DNA from: Parcubacteria group bacterium Gr01-1014_8
Lineage (GTDB): Bacteria > Patescibacteriota > Minisyncoccia > Phycocordibacterales > UBA2100
Assembly (NCBI GenBank): GCA_007376385.1
Contig: VMGC01000001.1
Location: 128,001-192,000 of the forward strand
DNA: 64,000 nucleotides
Direction of reading: 5' to 3'
The notes beneath the pieces were generated by a model, which made no database searches, had not been told where the DNA came from, and worked only from the letters and a program-made list of their open reading frames with translations. Below are positions 36,501 through 46,114 of the stretch, one piece after another. Each line of letters starts with the position of its first letter. The first letter of the stretch is position 1. Both the position numbers and the translations under genes were made by a program.

Positions 36501-37093
36501 CCGAGAGCGTGTACAGAGGTGTAGGAGGAGCGCTTGAAAGCGTGCACTTGGAAGAATGGCCGAGTGGGATTTCAAGAGGATTTTTCTCTCGATTATTTGG
36601 CCGCGACAAGAGCAAAGAATCTTTAGCAAACATGGCAGCGGTGAGAGCTGCCGTATCACGTGCACTTGAAGCTAGAGAGAGGGCACGTATGAAAATACGC
36701 CAGCCGCTCTCGGCATTGATCCTTAACGGTGAACGCTTCCCCATCAAGGAAAGCGGGCTCCTTGATATCATCAAAGAAGAAGTGAACGTGAAGCGTGTTG
36801 ACGTTGGGGACATAACGGACGACGTATGGTTGGATACTGCGCTCACTCCTGAATTGAAGCGAGAAGGCCTCATTCGCGAGGTCTCGAGAACGGGACAGGC
36901 GGAGAGGAAGCTTTTGAAGCTGAGTCCGGAAGACAGGCTTTTCAGGGTCATCGTGCGCGGAACAAACGATACGATCCTCGCTGTTAAGGAACACGAATCA
37001 TACTTGCGGGAATCACTGAAAACCGATGTTTTGATGACCGAAGTAGATGAGTCTGGCAAAGAGCCTATGCGCGTTTCCATCGAGAAAAGATGA
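33596..37093 (+). CDS. ileS: Isoleucyl-tRNA synthetase (type 2), 1165 aa. It carries an internal histidine-phosphatase-like domain of about 200 aa.
   Basis: HIGH-region motifs are PFATGLPHTGS and WDCHGLP. KMSKS is present (KMSKSKGN). The insert at about 35095-35690 (VMRHAWSTGNENG, IYTSSFKRTRETAD, IISHGTPLWLL) lies between IPIWKEKKGNRVMVVGSLDEI and DLHRPYTD. Confidence 0.9.
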   Translation: MAEQNSQEKSETAKREEEVLKFWKENTIFEKSLKKRAPKGEFVFYDGPPFATGLPHTGSLLSSIIKDVVPRYKTMRGYVVQRRWGWDCHGLPIESLIEKRLNLKTKKDILDIGIDTFNEAARASVMEFEHEWEKYVDRVGRWVDFKNSYKTMDNSYIESVWWALKQLYEKSLLYEGNKVLMYCPHCETPLAKAEIAMDHTYKDITEEAVTVRFKIKRPSRYGLPENTHFLAWTTTPWTLPGNVGLAVGPGISYVLVPESGGMAIVAKDRLDILKKSARPRVSVDMGREYKGSELVGMEYEPLYDVVSVIRHGGNKHVVLPADFVSTEEGTGVVHTAVMYGEDDFALGQKENLPKVQLLNPNGTYNKEAPAFLQGKYIKEAERDIKRDLESRGLLFERENHTHSYPHCYRCGTPLIYNAVASWFINIQKVKDKMLSENEKVQWVPEHLKHGRFKNIVENAPDWTISRNRFWASPLPIWKEKKGNRVMVVGSLDEIKKKSKKSGNKYFVMRHAWSTGNENGTLSSDKDADIGLTEKGIADARASLRAFGTKVDIIYTSSFKRTRETADIAAEVLGVPKEHIKSDDRLGECNFGPYSGKTLEEYHAAFPEKAERFSKGPEGGETYVEIRRRMMSVLSELEKSEKGKNILIISHGTPLWLLCASARGLSREEALSTRETDYPKQSVITELSFVPLPYNADYELDLHRPYTDSLTLLDEEGREYERIPEVVDCWVESGSMPFAEQHYPFENKSVFEKRAPGDFIAEYIAQTRTWFYYMHAMGVLLFGRLAFRNVVSTGTILAADSSKMSKSKGNYTDPLVVMDRYGADALRFYLMGSVVMQAEDLNFRDEDVRDTHNRVMGLLWNTYKFYELYKKEYEGKAFAKRSTNLLDQWVIARLNETVRTVTNALDAFNMPPAARAIRDFVEDYSTWYVRRSRERVKGSDKADKQFALATQREVLLDVAKMLAPIAPFIAESVYRGVGGALESVHLEEWPSGISRGFFSRLFGRDKSKESLANMAAVRAAVSRALEARERARMKIRQPLSALILNGERFPIKESGLLDIIKEEVNVKRVDVGDITDDVWLDTALTPELKREGLIREVSRTGQAERKLLKLSPEDRLFRVIVRGTNDTILAVKEHESYLRESLKTDVLMTEVDESGKEPMRVSIEKR

Positions 37094-37094
37094 C

Positions 37095-37670
37095 ATGTAC
37101 GCAAAGTATCAAACAGAGGCGGTTGTCTTAGGGAGCCGGAATATGAACGAAGCGGACAAGATAGTGGCGCTCTTTACGCGCGACTTTGGTCTCGTGCAGG
37201 CGAAGGCCACGGCTGTGCGTTCGGAGGGTTCGAAGATGCGCTACGCTCTGCAGAATTTCTCTCGCGCGCAAGTCGCGCTTATTAAGGGAGCGAGTGGCTG
37301 GCGAGTGGCTGGCGCTGTATCCATTTCCAATACGCCTGATGCTGGTGGCGAAGCACTCGCGGCACTCGCACGCGTCTCGCAGCTTGTGCTGCGGCTCATC
37401 AAAGGGGAGGAGCGAAACGAATATCTGTTCGCAGCACTCGCGGATGCGCATGCGGCGCTTGTGCAAAAACCCTGCGACGCTTGGGCAACCATTGAATTGA
37501 TGTGCGTTGCCCGCATCCTGTATTCGCTCGGATACTTGTCTTTTGAGGCGTTCGAGACCGCTCTCTTCTCGCACACTGCATACGTAGGGGAGCATTTGAA
37601 GGAAGCTGAAAAACTTAGGGAAAAGCTTTTGGCGTCGGTTAATCGAGCAATGGGGGAGACGCATCTTTAA
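37095..37670 (+). CDS. recO: DNA repair protein RecO.
   Basis: MYAKYQTEAVVLGSRNMNEADKIVALFTRDFGLV forms the OB fold. A helical C-terminus follows. The start is the ATG at 37095, just after the ileS stop. Confidence 0.7.
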   Translation: MYAKYQTEAVVLGSRNMNEADKIVALFTRDFGLVQAKATAVRSEGSKMRYALQNFSRAQVALIKGASGWRVAGAVSISNTPDAGGEALAALARVSQLVLRLIKGEERNEYLFAALADAHAALVQKPCDAWATIELMCVARILYSLGYLSFEAFETALFSHTAYVGEHLKEAEKLREKLLASVNRAMGETHL

Positions 37671-37683
37671 TTAAGAATTACGT

Positions 37684-38355
37684 ATGAAATTTGCTACTGT
37701 TGTTTTTGATTTCGACAGTACTCTCGTTGATGTAGAGACGCTTGAGTCAGTGAGTGAGATTGCACTGCAAGGAAGAAAAGATTTCGCTGCCGTGACGGCG
37801 CAGATACGCACCATTACAGAACGCGGCTTGCAGGGAACGATGGCGTTTGATGAATCGCTCGCTCGCCGCATGGCGCTCATTGCCCCGCGCAGAGAGGATG
37901 TTCAGAGAGTCGCGGGCGGGCTTGTCGAGCACATTACGCCGTCAGTGTTGCAGCACAGGGATTTTTTTGCGCACAACGCAGAATGTGTATTCATCGTATC
38001 TGGCGGGTTTGATGAATTGATATTTCCGGTATCAGACACGCTGGGTATTCTTAGGAAGAATGTATTTGCAAATGCCTTTGTGTACGATGAACGCGGTGTT
38101 GCGGTCGGCGTCGACACAACCCGCCCGCTCTCACAGCATCTCGGTAAGGTGAAAGCGTTGAGAGCGGAGAATTTAAAGAGACCGCTTGCGATGGTCGGCG
38201 ATGGTTACACAGATTATGAAGTCAAAGCGCATGGCGAGGCGGATGTCTTTATTGCGTATGTTGAGCATACGCATCGCGACGCAGTCGTGGAACATGCGGA
38301 TAATGTCGCGCTGTCATTCAGCGATGTGCGTCGGTATTTGGAAATGATGTTGTGA
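37684..38355 (+). CDS. HAD-superfamily phosphatase, phosphoserine phosphatase (SerB)-like.
   Basis: VVFDFDSTLVD is HAD motif I. VGDGYTDYE is the GDGxxD motif. Confidence 0.65.
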   Translation: MKFATVVFDFDSTLVDVETLESVSEIALQGRKDFAAVTAQIRTITERGLQGTMAFDESLARRMALIAPRREDVQRVAGGLVEHITPSVLQHRDFFAHNAECVFIVSGGFDELIFPVSDTLGILRKNVFANAFVYDERGVAVGVDTTRPLSQHLGKVKALRAENLKRPLAMVGDGYTDYEVKAHGEADVFIAYVEHTHRDAVVEHADNVALSFSDVRRYLEMML

Positions 38356-38365
38356 GCATCTGGAG

Positions 38366-39169
38366 TTAGAGAGACAGTACGTATTGCAGGCGTCGAACGA
38401 GCGCATCATGGATATCGCGAGTGGTGCGAACTTGATTCGTGATCTTGAAATCCACGCCTGTTCGCAAGCGCTCGGAGTAAGAGTTGTGCGTGGCGAGTCG
38501 TTCTGGTGTTGCAACGTAATCGCTCGATGAATGCTGTTTGGCTTCTTGGCCGCAGCGAAGTGCATAGGTATATAGTCGATGTAGCATCTCTGTGCCCTGC
38601 GGGCCGTCGAATTCCCGCAACATTTTTCTCGCTTTGTTCTTGACGAGCTTTTTTTGATCGTCCGTGAGCCACGTGTATCTACTGCCAACTGTATCGGAAG
38701 GAGTGCCCGCGACGTCGATCAAAAATTCAAAATTTCCTGGGATGTCAAAGTTATATATTTGTCCGTCGCTGATGGAATAGTTTTGCAACACGTGAAGGCC
38801 TCTGTCGCCTATGCCAAAGACAACGGCGAGAATAAACATATCTGACTCCGCGACATCTATTTCTGTTGCTGAAGGTTGTCTTTGCCCTCTTTCTGGTGCG
38901 GCCATTGAATAGAAGTTGCCGCGGACTTTGTCATATACTACGGGGCATTGGTTTATGGCTTTCTCGAGAAGCAATGACGTAAAAAATTGTCGTACGGGTT
39001 TGTCGAGCACGAGGTAGAATTTTCTTCCGCTCTCATCTTCAAAAATAGGGTACCCGTAATCTGGTTCATTAGCGATCTTTCGCAGATCCTCACCTTCGAG
39101 AATGGCCCGCGAGTGCGGTATATCATCGGGTGTCGCGTTCGATACTATGTCCTCGTGAGCCATCATCAT
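38366..39169 (-). CDS. Hypothetical protein, divergent from the surface-protein gene.
   Basis: The track ORF runs to 39433. A likely ATG triplet lies at 39163-39169 (MMMAHEDIV...). No confident family was found. Confidence 0.4.
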   Translation of the reverse strand: MMMAHEDIVSNATPDDIPHSRAILEGEDLRKIANEPDYGYPIFEDESGRKFYLVLDKPVRQFFTSLLLEKAINQCPVVYDKVRGNFYSMAAPERGQRQPSATEIDVAESDMFILAVVFGIGDRGLHVLQNYSISDGQIYNFDIPGNFEFLIDVAGTPSDTVGSRYTWLTDDQKKLVKNKARKMLREFDGPQGTEMLHRLYTYALRCGQEAKQHSSSDYVATPERLATHNSYSERLRTGVDFKITNQVRTTRDIHDALVRRLQYVLSL

Positions 39170-39230
39170 ACATCGTGGCAGTAAGTATACTGCCGGCGGG
39201 TACGCGGCACTACGTGGTATTATTTTTGGG

Positions 39231-41195
39231 ATGCCGACGAATGGTTCTCCTTCACACGAAGACGAGCGAATTGACCGCTTGCGGCGCGCGATGTACTCGC
39301 GTTCGCTTTCTCCTAACATCAAGGATAAGCCGCGCCGTGAGATGCGCCCCGAGAAAAATCCCGTCGGAGAAGATTGGCAGAGGGCAGAGCCGAAGATACC
39401 AGGCTCGCTCATTGCCCCGCGCGGCATCGGCATGATGCGGCTTGTGATGAAATGGCTTGTCGCGGCTGCGGTAGCATTCTTTGTAGGTGCGCTTGGTTTT
39501 TTTGCATATTATTTCATCCTTGGCGGGGGGAGTTCTCCAGCGTCCCCCGGGAACATCGATATCTCGATCTCGGGCCCGCTGCAAATTGCAAGCGGCGAGC
39601 CGGCCGAATTGCAGGTTGCAATCGTCAATCGAAACCGAACATCATTACAGCTTGCAGACCTCGTCGTAAAATATCCGAATGGAACTCGCTCGCCGACGGA
39701 CCTTCTCACGTCGCTTCCTGATCAACGCATTCCACTCGGGACAATAGAACCCGGAGGGAGGAGACAAGGAACAGTGTCAGCTGTATTTTCCGGTGTTGAA
39801 GGCGAGCACGCGGACATCGCCGTTGAGTTGGAATATCGTCTTGAGAATTCGAGCGCCATCTTTGTTGCGACATCCCAATATCAATTTTTGTTTGCTTCTT
39901 CGCCACTCTCAATTTCTATCGAAGGTAATGATGAGACAGTGTCCGGACAGCCTATTGAGCTCAAGGTGACAATAGCGTCGAACTCTGACACGCCAGTCAA
40001 AGATGTCCTGTTCACGGGGAGCTATCCTTTCGGGTTCACGTTCGGCTCGGGCGAGCCGTCGCCAACGAAGATAGGCGGGGGAAATATGTGGTCGCTCGGA
40101 GATATATTTCCTGGACAAAAACGCACGATCATTTTGCAAGGCACTCTCGCAGGAGAATCCGGAGATGAGCGGGTCTTTCGTTTCAGTGCGGGGACGCGCA
40201 AGTCGAAGACGGACCAGACGATATCTACAACGCTTGCTGACTATGCGCATCATATAACCGTCTCAAAACCATTCCTGGGACTTGCTGTCCTGATCAATAA
40301 AGAAGCGGGTGGGAACACCACTGTCGCTCCTGGAGATTCTGTGACCGTGTCAGTCACGTATCAGAACAATCTTCAAACTGCTATTGCCGACGCGGTCATC
40401 GTCGCGCGTCTTTCGGGCGCTGAGATTGACGGCACGACGGTGCGCTCAACGGACGGATTCTATCGCTCCGCTGATAATGTTGTGCTCTGGGACAAATCAA
40501 CGACGAACGGCAGTTTGGCCACCATCGCGCCCGGGGCGAAGGGGACGGTTAGCTTTTCATTCGTCGTGCCGAAAGATGAAGCGATGCAGGCGCTCCGCAA
40601 CCCTCGGCTCGACATAACTGTGCACGCGGCGGGAAAACGAGTATCGCAAACGGGAGTACCGGAAACTCTGCAGGCGAGCGCGTCGCAAACTCTCCGCTTC
40701 GCAAGCGACTTGCAACTCGCGGCGCAAGGCCTCTATTACACGAATCCTTTCGGGTCGACCGGGCCAATGCCTCCGAAGGCTGGCACGGAGACGACATACG
40801 CGATAGTTTTCAACGTTACCAATACGACAAATAAAGTAGAGAATGCAACTGTACGAGCCACACTGCCGCCGTATGTTCGATGGGTAGGCGTCTACAGTCC
40901 GTCGACGGAAAAGTTGGTGTTCAATCCCAACGATTCGTCCGTGACCTGGCACATAGGCACGATAGAGCCGGGTGCCGGCATCGGCGGCGCTCTGCCGCGT
41001 CAGGCCGCCATCGCGATCGGTTTTACGCCATCCACAAGTCAGATAGGCCAGCAGCCGGCGCTCATACGGAGCATCTCGCTTTCTGGCACGGATGCATCCA
41101 CTCATGTGTCAGTGACGAAAACGACAACTGATATCACGACGAATATAGTCGGCGACCCTGGATTTTCTGCAGCGAACGCGACGGTCGTCAAATAA
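39231..41195 (+). CDS. TM-anchored large surface protein with repeated beta-sandwich (CARDB/DUF11-like) domains.
   Basis: An alternative start lies at 39432 (MMRLVMKWLVAAAVAFFVGALGFFAYYFIL, a TM anchor). Repeated Thr/Ser/Val-rich beta domains follow. Confidence 0.5.
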   Translation: MPTNGSPSHEDERIDRLRRAMYSRSLSPNIKDKPRREMRPEKNPVGEDWQRAEPKIPGSLIAPRGIGMMRLVMKWLVAAAVAFFVGALGFFAYYFILGGGSSPASPGNIDISISGPLQIASGEPAELQVAIVNRNRTSLQLADLVVKYPNGTRSPTDLLTSLPDQRIPLGTIEPGGRRQGTVSAVFSGVEGEHADIAVELEYRLENSSAIFVATSQYQFLFASSPLSISIEGNDETVSGQPIELKVTIASNSDTPVKDVLFTGSYPFGFTFGSGEPSPTKIGGGNMWSLGDIFPGQKRTIILQGTLAGESGDERVFRFSAGTRKSKTDQTISTTLADYAHHITVSKPFLGLAVLINKEAGGNTTVAPGDSVTVSVTYQNNLQTAIADAVIVARLSGAEIDGTTVRSTDGFYRSADNVVLWDKSTTNGSLATIAPGAKGTVSFSFVVPKDEAMQALRNPRLDITVHAAGKRVSQTGVPETLQASASQTLRFASDLQLAAQGLYYTNPFGSTGPMPPKAGTETTYAIVFNVTNTTNKVENATVRATLPPYVRWVGVYSPSTEKLVFNPNDSSVTWHIGTIEPGAGIGGALPRQAAIAIGFTPSTSQIGQQPALIRSISLSGTDASTHVSVTKTTTDITTNIVGDPGFSAANATVVK

Positions 41196-41245
41196 CGCGG
41201 TTCCATTTTCCCGAGGGAAGCTTTTAAGGTACACTCCAATTTCAT

Positions 41246-42628
41246 ATGACCGAATCACTCATGGAAAAGATAGTCTCGCTCGCTAAACGGCGTGGGTTCG
41301 TCTATCAAGGTTCGGAAATATACGGCGGCCTTGCGGGTACATGGGACTATGGGCCCCTCGGTGTTGCCCTCAAGAAGAATATCGAGAATTTGTGGTGGAA
41401 GAGATTCGTCTTGGATCGCGAGGATATGTATGGCATCGATGCGGCGCTTCTCATGAATCCTAATGTCTGGAAAGCGAGCGGGCATGTGGATGGGTTTGCT
41501 GACCCGCTTGTCGAGGACGTGAAGACACATAGAAGATACAGAGCGGATCACTTGCTTGAGGAAGCGGGGGTTGACCCTAAGGGAATGACTGCGGCACAGA
41601 TGGACCAGACCCTTAAGGAGAAGGGAATAAGGAGTCCGGATGGCAATACGCTCGGCGATGTGAAGCAGTTCAACATGATGTTCAAGACGAGCATCGGGGC
41701 CTCCGGCGATGAGTCATCAATATCGTATCTTCGGCCGGAAACAGCGCAGGGCATGTTCGTCAACTTTAAGAACGTCATGGATACATTCCATCCTAAATTG
41801 CCGTTTGGCATGGCGCAGATAGGGAAAGCCTTCCGCAATGAGATAGCGCCGAGGGATTTCATCTTTCGAGTGCGAGAACTCGAACAGATGGAAATAGAAT
41901 ATTTCGTGAGACCGGAGGACTGGCGGAAACACTTCGACTACTTTTTAAACGAACAAAAGGATTATCTTACGAAGGATCTGGGGCTGCCGGAACAATATAT
42001 TCACTCTGTTGAGGTTCCTGCGGTCGATAGAGCGCATTATTCCAAGCACAGCGTGGACACAGAGTTCGACTTTCCGTTCGGCCAGAAAGAACTCTTGGGA
42101 CTTGCGTACCGCACAGACTTCGACCTTGGGGCGCATGCAAAAGCGTCCGGCGTTGACCTTTCTTACTATGATGAAGAGACGAAGGAGCGGTTCACTCCGC
42201 ATTGCATCGAGCCGACGTTCGGTGTTGGGCGGCTATTCTTGGCTATTCTATCGGGTGCGTATGCTGAAGATGAGAAGAACGGAGAAGTGCGGACATTCCT
42301 TAAATTCTCTTCTAATGTTGCGCCGGTGAAAGCGGCTGTGTTCCCACTCCTTAAGAACAAGCCGGAACTTGTGGCAAAGGCCAGGGAAGTATATGTGGAC
42401 CTTAAAGTGCAGATACCGCAGCTTATGTGGGATGACAACGGTAACATCGGCAAGCGCTATCGCCGGCAAGATGAGATCGGGACTCCGTACTGCATCACCA
42501 TAGACTTCGATACCCTGGGGGAGAGCGGCGATGAGAAAAAAGATACCGTGACCGTACGGGAGAGAGATACTGGCGAACAGACACGATTGCCCATCAGCGA
42601 GCTCGCAAAAAAAGTGAACGGTTCATGA
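41246..42628 (+). CDS. glyS: Glycyl-tRNA synthetase (class II, alpha2 type).
   Basis: The product starts MTESLMEKIVSLAKRRGFVYQGSEIYGGLAGTWDYGPLGV. Class II motifs and an anticodon-binding C-terminus are present. Confidence 0.9.
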   Translation: MTESLMEKIVSLAKRRGFVYQGSEIYGGLAGTWDYGPLGVALKKNIENLWWKRFVLDREDMYGIDAALLMNPNVWKASGHVDGFADPLVEDVKTHRRYRADHLLEEAGVDPKGMTAAQMDQTLKEKGIRSPDGNTLGDVKQFNMMFKTSIGASGDESSISYLRPETAQGMFVNFKNVMDTFHPKLPFGMAQIGKAFRNEIAPRDFIFRVRELEQMEIEYFVRPEDWRKHFDYFLNEQKDYLTKDLGLPEQYIHSVEVPAVDRAHYSKHSVDTEFDFPFGQKELLGLAYRTDFDLGAHAKASGVDLSYYDEETKERFTPHCIEPTFGVGRLFLAILSGAYAEDEKNGEVRTFLKFSSNVAPVKAAVFPLLKNKPELVAKAREVYVDLKVQIPQLMWDDNGNIGKRYRRQDEIGTPYCITIDFDTLGESGDEKKDTVTVRERDTGEQTRLPISELAKKVNGS

Positions 42629-42672
42629 AAGGTTTCAAACCCCGGGGCAAGCCGCGGGGTTTTGAACCTTTG
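42629..42672 (+). terminator. Long hairpin with a U-rich 3' side after glyS; putative intrinsic terminator.
   Basis: The stem is AAGGTTTCAAACCCCGGGG-caag-CCGCGGGGTTTTGAACCTTT. Confidence 0.45.
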
Positions 42673-42770
42673 CTGCCTGCGCCGCTCGGGAATGCAAAAC
42701 TGCGCTTGTGCGTTTTTCTCGCTATCCTCGACAGATAAAAAAAGAGGCCATTGTGCTACCATAAGAACAT

Positions 42771-43832
42771 ATGCCGAATGCGACATTTTCCATCTCTACG
42801 GGCACCATCGTCAAAACGCTTGTTGTTCTTGCGGGTGCGTGGCTTTTATTCCAGCTTCGCGACCTCGTTCTCGTCATACTAACGGCAGTTGTCATAGCAT
42901 CAGCTATCGAGCCGGGCATCCGCACGCTTTCAAGGTATCGCATTCCGCGTCTTCTTGCAGTTATCTTTATCTATCTTTTTCTCATTACGCTCTTCTTAGG
43001 CATATTCTATTTCTTTCTCCCGCTCGTTCTAGAAGATTTTGCAACATTCCTCACAGCGCTTCCGAGTTACTTGGATACATTCAGTAACGTAGGCGCTTTC
43101 GATGAGTACTCGCGCATACTAGGGATTCCGGCCCCTGCAGAGATATCGTCGTCTGCTCTGATGGAACAAGTGCAAAATGGCCTTAATTTGAGCGGTTTTT
43201 TCGGCAATGCACTCGGTGCAGCGTCGAGCATATTCGGCGGCGTGCTCTCCTTTGTTCTCATCATCGTTTTTTCCTTCTACTTTGCGGTGAATGAGACTGG
43301 TATTGCAGATTTCTTGCGCTTCATTGTGCCGAGAAAGTACGAATCATACGTCTTGGATCTTTGGAAACGCTCTCAGCACAAAATAGGACTTTGGATGCAG
43401 GGCCAGCTCATCCTTGGATTTTTCATGGGAGTATTCGTGTGTCTCGGTCTTCTTATCATCGGCGTGAAGCACGCGCTTCTTCTCGCTGTCATTGCGGCGC
43501 TCTTTGAATTGATCCCGGTCTTTGGCCCGACGCTTGCCGCTGTTCCTGCCATTGTGATTGGTTTTGCTGATGGCGGTTTCACGGTCGGTGTGCTGGTCAT
43601 CGCGCTTTACGTCATTCTGCAACAGTTCGAAAATCACTTGCTGTACCCTGGAGTCGTAACAAAGGTTGTCGGTGTGCCGCCGCTTCTCGTTATCCTCGCG
43701 CTCATCATCGGGGCGAAGCTCGCCGGATTCTTAGGAATACTCTTGTCGGTTCCTATGGCAGCTGCACTGCAGGAATTTGTTCGGGATATCGAACAGAGGA
43801 GAAAATTTGCAGTGGACGACGAGGGCGTGTAG
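42771..43832 (+). CDS. AI-2E family transporter (PerM/UPF0118).
   Basis: The 8-TM topology is present. The motif LIPVFGPTLAAVPAIVIGF is typical of AI-2E. Confidence 0.8.
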   Translation: MPNATFSISTGTIVKTLVVLAGAWLLFQLRDLVLVILTAVVIASAIEPGIRTLSRYRIPRLLAVIFIYLFLITLFLGIFYFFLPLVLEDFATFLTALPSYLDTFSNVGAFDEYSRILGIPAPAEISSSALMEQVQNGLNLSGFFGNALGAASSIFGGVLSFVLIIVFSFYFAVNETGIADFLRFIVPRKYESYVLDLWKRSQHKIGLWMQGQLILGFFMGVFVCLGLLIIGVKHALLLAVIAALFELIPVFGPTLAAVPAIVIGFADGGFTVGVLVIALYVILQQFENHLLYPGVVTKVVGVPPLLVILALIIGAKLAGFLGILLSVPMAAALQEFVRDIEQRRKFAVDDEGV

Positions 43833-43841
43833 CCTCACCTC

Positions 43842-45275
43842 ATGGGCAAGTCCTTTTATTTGACAACAACGCTCCCGTACGTGAATGCCGACCCTCACAT
43901 CGGTTTTGCGCTCGAGCTTGTGCATGCGGATATTCTGGCGCGCTATCGTCACTCCTTGGGCGATGATGTGTTCTTTAATACTGGAACAGACGAGCATGGC
44001 TTGAAGATATATCGCAAGGCACAGGAGGAGGGAAAGAAGCCGCAAGCGTATACGGACGAGTACGCAGCAAAGTTCAAGGACTTGAAAGGAAAGCTCGATC
44101 TATTTCCTGGTATCCATTTCATTCGGACGACCGACGCGAACCATAAGAAAGCTGCGCAGGAATTGTGGCGGAGGTGTCTCGCAAAAGGAGATATTTACAA
44201 GAAAAAATATAAAGGCTTGTATTGCGTCGGTGATGAAGCTTTCATCAAGGAAAGCGAATTAGTGAACGGAAGGTGTTCGAATCATCCGACAATGGAAGTC
44301 ATAGAAATAGAGGAAGAGAATTATTTCTTCAGATTGAGTGCGTATCAAGAAAAATTGCTTGTCTACCTTAACCAGGAAGGAGTTATTGTGCCCGAATGGC
44401 GAAGGAAGGAGGCAATTCAGTTCGTCGAACGAGGCCTGGAGGATTTCAGCATCTCCCGCGTAAAAGAGAAGATGCCGTGGGGTGTCGCAGTTCCGGATGA
44501 TGAGAACCAAGTAATGTACGTATGGTTTGATGCTCTGACCAACTACATCTCGACCTTGGGTTGGCCGGAGGATAGAGAGGGCCTCTACAAAAAGTTCTGG
44601 GAGGGTGGCGAGACTGTTCAGCTTGCAGGCAAAGACCAAGTTCGCTTTCAATCCATTATGTGGCAGGCGATGTTGATGTCCGGCGGACTTGCGACGACAA
44701 AAAAGATCGTATATCACGGCTTTATCACGAGCGGAGGACAAAAAATGTCTAAATCCGTCGGGAATGTCATCGACCCCTTGGCAATTGTTGATGAATACGG
44801 CGTGGATGCACTCCGCTATTTTCTCGCGCGGCACGTGCATCCGTTTGAAGATTCAGATTTTACGATGGAGCGGTTCAAGGAGGCTTATAATGCCGATCTT
44901 GCAAATGGGATCGGAAATGCTGCAGCGAGAATTATGACTCTTGCGGAAAAGCATCTCGACAAACCGGTGGAGGTGTCTCCGGCAGAGTTCGCAGATTATT
45001 TCATTGAGAGTATGAATAAATATGAATTCAACGAGACCGTTGCTCACGTAACGGCCTTTGTTGTTGCTCTCGATGAACTCATTACAAGTAAGGAACCATT
45101 CAAACTTGTAAAATCGGACCCAGAAAGTGCCAAAACTGTAATCACTGACGGGGTTCGCATGTTGTGGAGTCTGAATTATCATCTCCAAATATTTATGCCG
45201 GACACTGCGCAGAAGATTCAACAGGCGATAAAAGAGAATAAAAAGCCCGAGAATCTTTTCCCGCGTAAAGAATAA
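43842..45275 (+). CDS. metG: Methionyl-tRNA synthetase, short form.
   Basis: TTTLPYVNADPHIGFALE is the HIGH region. KMSKSVGN is the KMSKS motif. Confidence 0.9.
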   Translation: MGKSFYLTTTLPYVNADPHIGFALELVHADILARYRHSLGDDVFFNTGTDEHGLKIYRKAQEEGKKPQAYTDEYAAKFKDLKGKLDLFPGIHFIRTTDANHKKAAQELWRRCLAKGDIYKKKYKGLYCVGDEAFIKESELVNGRCSNHPTMEVIEIEEENYFFRLSAYQEKLLVYLNQEGVIVPEWRRKEAIQFVERGLEDFSISRVKEKMPWGVAVPDDENQVMYVWFDALTNYISTLGWPEDREGLYKKFWEGGETVQLAGKDQVRFQSIMWQAMLMSGGLATTKKIVYHGFITSGGQKMSKSVGNVIDPLAIVDEYGVDALRYFLARHVHPFEDSDFTMERFKEAYNADLANGIGNAAARIMTLAEKHLDKPVEVSPAEFADYFIESMNKYEFNETVAHVTAFVVALDELITSKEPFKLVKSDPESAKTVITDGVRMLWSLNYHLQIFMPDTAQKIQQAIKENKKPENLFPRKE

Positions 45276-45277
45276 AC

Positions 45278-46102
45278 ATGAAATATTTTGACGCTCACAC
45301 GCACGTGAATTTTGTTGCGTTCAATGAGGACCGCGAGGCGACGATTCTGCGCGCGGAAGACGCAGGAGTTGCGATGAATGTTGTGGGGACGCAGCAGGAT
45401 ACGTCGCGCGCGGCAGTCGAGCTTGCGGAAAAGTACGACAACGTCTATGCGACCATCGGGCTTCATCCGGTGCATACGAGCAAGTCGTATCATGATGAAA
45501 AAGAATTGGGGGAGGGAGGAAAGGCGTTCACATCGCGAGGAGAACAATTTGACGCTGCCGTATACGAGCAAATTGCAGCGTCAAAGAAGGTCATCGCGAT
45601 AGGCGAATGCGGGCTCGACTACTATCGCCTTGAAGAAGACTCGAAGAAAAAACAGGAAGAGGCGTTCATTCAGCATATCGAACTTGCGAATACATTACAG
45701 AAGCCTTTGATGCTTCACATTCGGAATGCATATGCGGACGCACTGCGCGTTCTCAAGACTCATGCAAAAGTAAGAGGCGACGTGCACTTCTTTGCAGGCT
45801 CCTGGGATGAGGCGAAACGATTTCTTGACCTTGGTTTTACACTCTCATTCACCGGCGTCGTAACATTCACGCATGATTACGATGAGGTCATCAAAAACAC
45901 GCCGCTCGACATGCTCCTTTCAGAAACCGACGCGCCATACGTCTCCCCAGTGCCGTACAGAGGGAAGCGCAATGAGCCCAGCTTTGTTGTCGAGGTTGTG
46001 CGAAGGATTGCCGACATACGAGGCGAGAGCCACGAAAGCGTCGCAGCTCAGTTACTTCTGAATGCTGAACACGTTTTTGGCCTCAACCTGCGTGCGAAGT
46101 GA
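45278..46102 (+). CDS. tatD: TatD-family metal-dependent hydrolase/DNase.
   Basis: MKYFDAHTHVNF is the N-terminus. IGECGLDY and the conserved His/Asp pattern are present. Confidence 0.85.
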   Translation: MKYFDAHTHVNFVAFNEDREATILRAEDAGVAMNVVGTQQDTSRAAVELAEKYDNVYATIGLHPVHTSKSYHDEKELGEGGKAFTSRGEQFDAAVYEQIAASKKVIAIGECGLDYYRLEEDSKKKQEEAFIQHIELANTLQKPLMLHIRNAYADALRVLKTHAKVRGDVHFFAGSWDEAKRFLDLGFTLSFTGVVTFTHDYDEVIKNTPLDMLLSETDAPYVSPVPYRGKRNEPSFVVEVVRRIADIRGESHESVAAQLLLNAEHVFGLNLRAK

Positions 46103-46114
46103 TATTATTTCCCT

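Noticed and set aside
37292-37313. Perfect 11-nt tandem duplication (GAGTGGCTGGC x2) inside recO, encoding ASGWRVAG.
   Set aside because: Both copies are needed to keep recO in frame, and the flanking sequence is a normal RecO. It is probably an old in-frame slippage product. There is no evidence of function or of a frameshift.
39231-39431. In-frame 67-codon extension upstream of the TM anchor of the 39432 surface protein.
   Set aside because: It is possibly translated as a cytoplasmic N-tail, but it has no conservation signal. The ATG-ATG at 39432 directly precedes a canonical signal anchor. The question is left open and the extension is not annotated separately.
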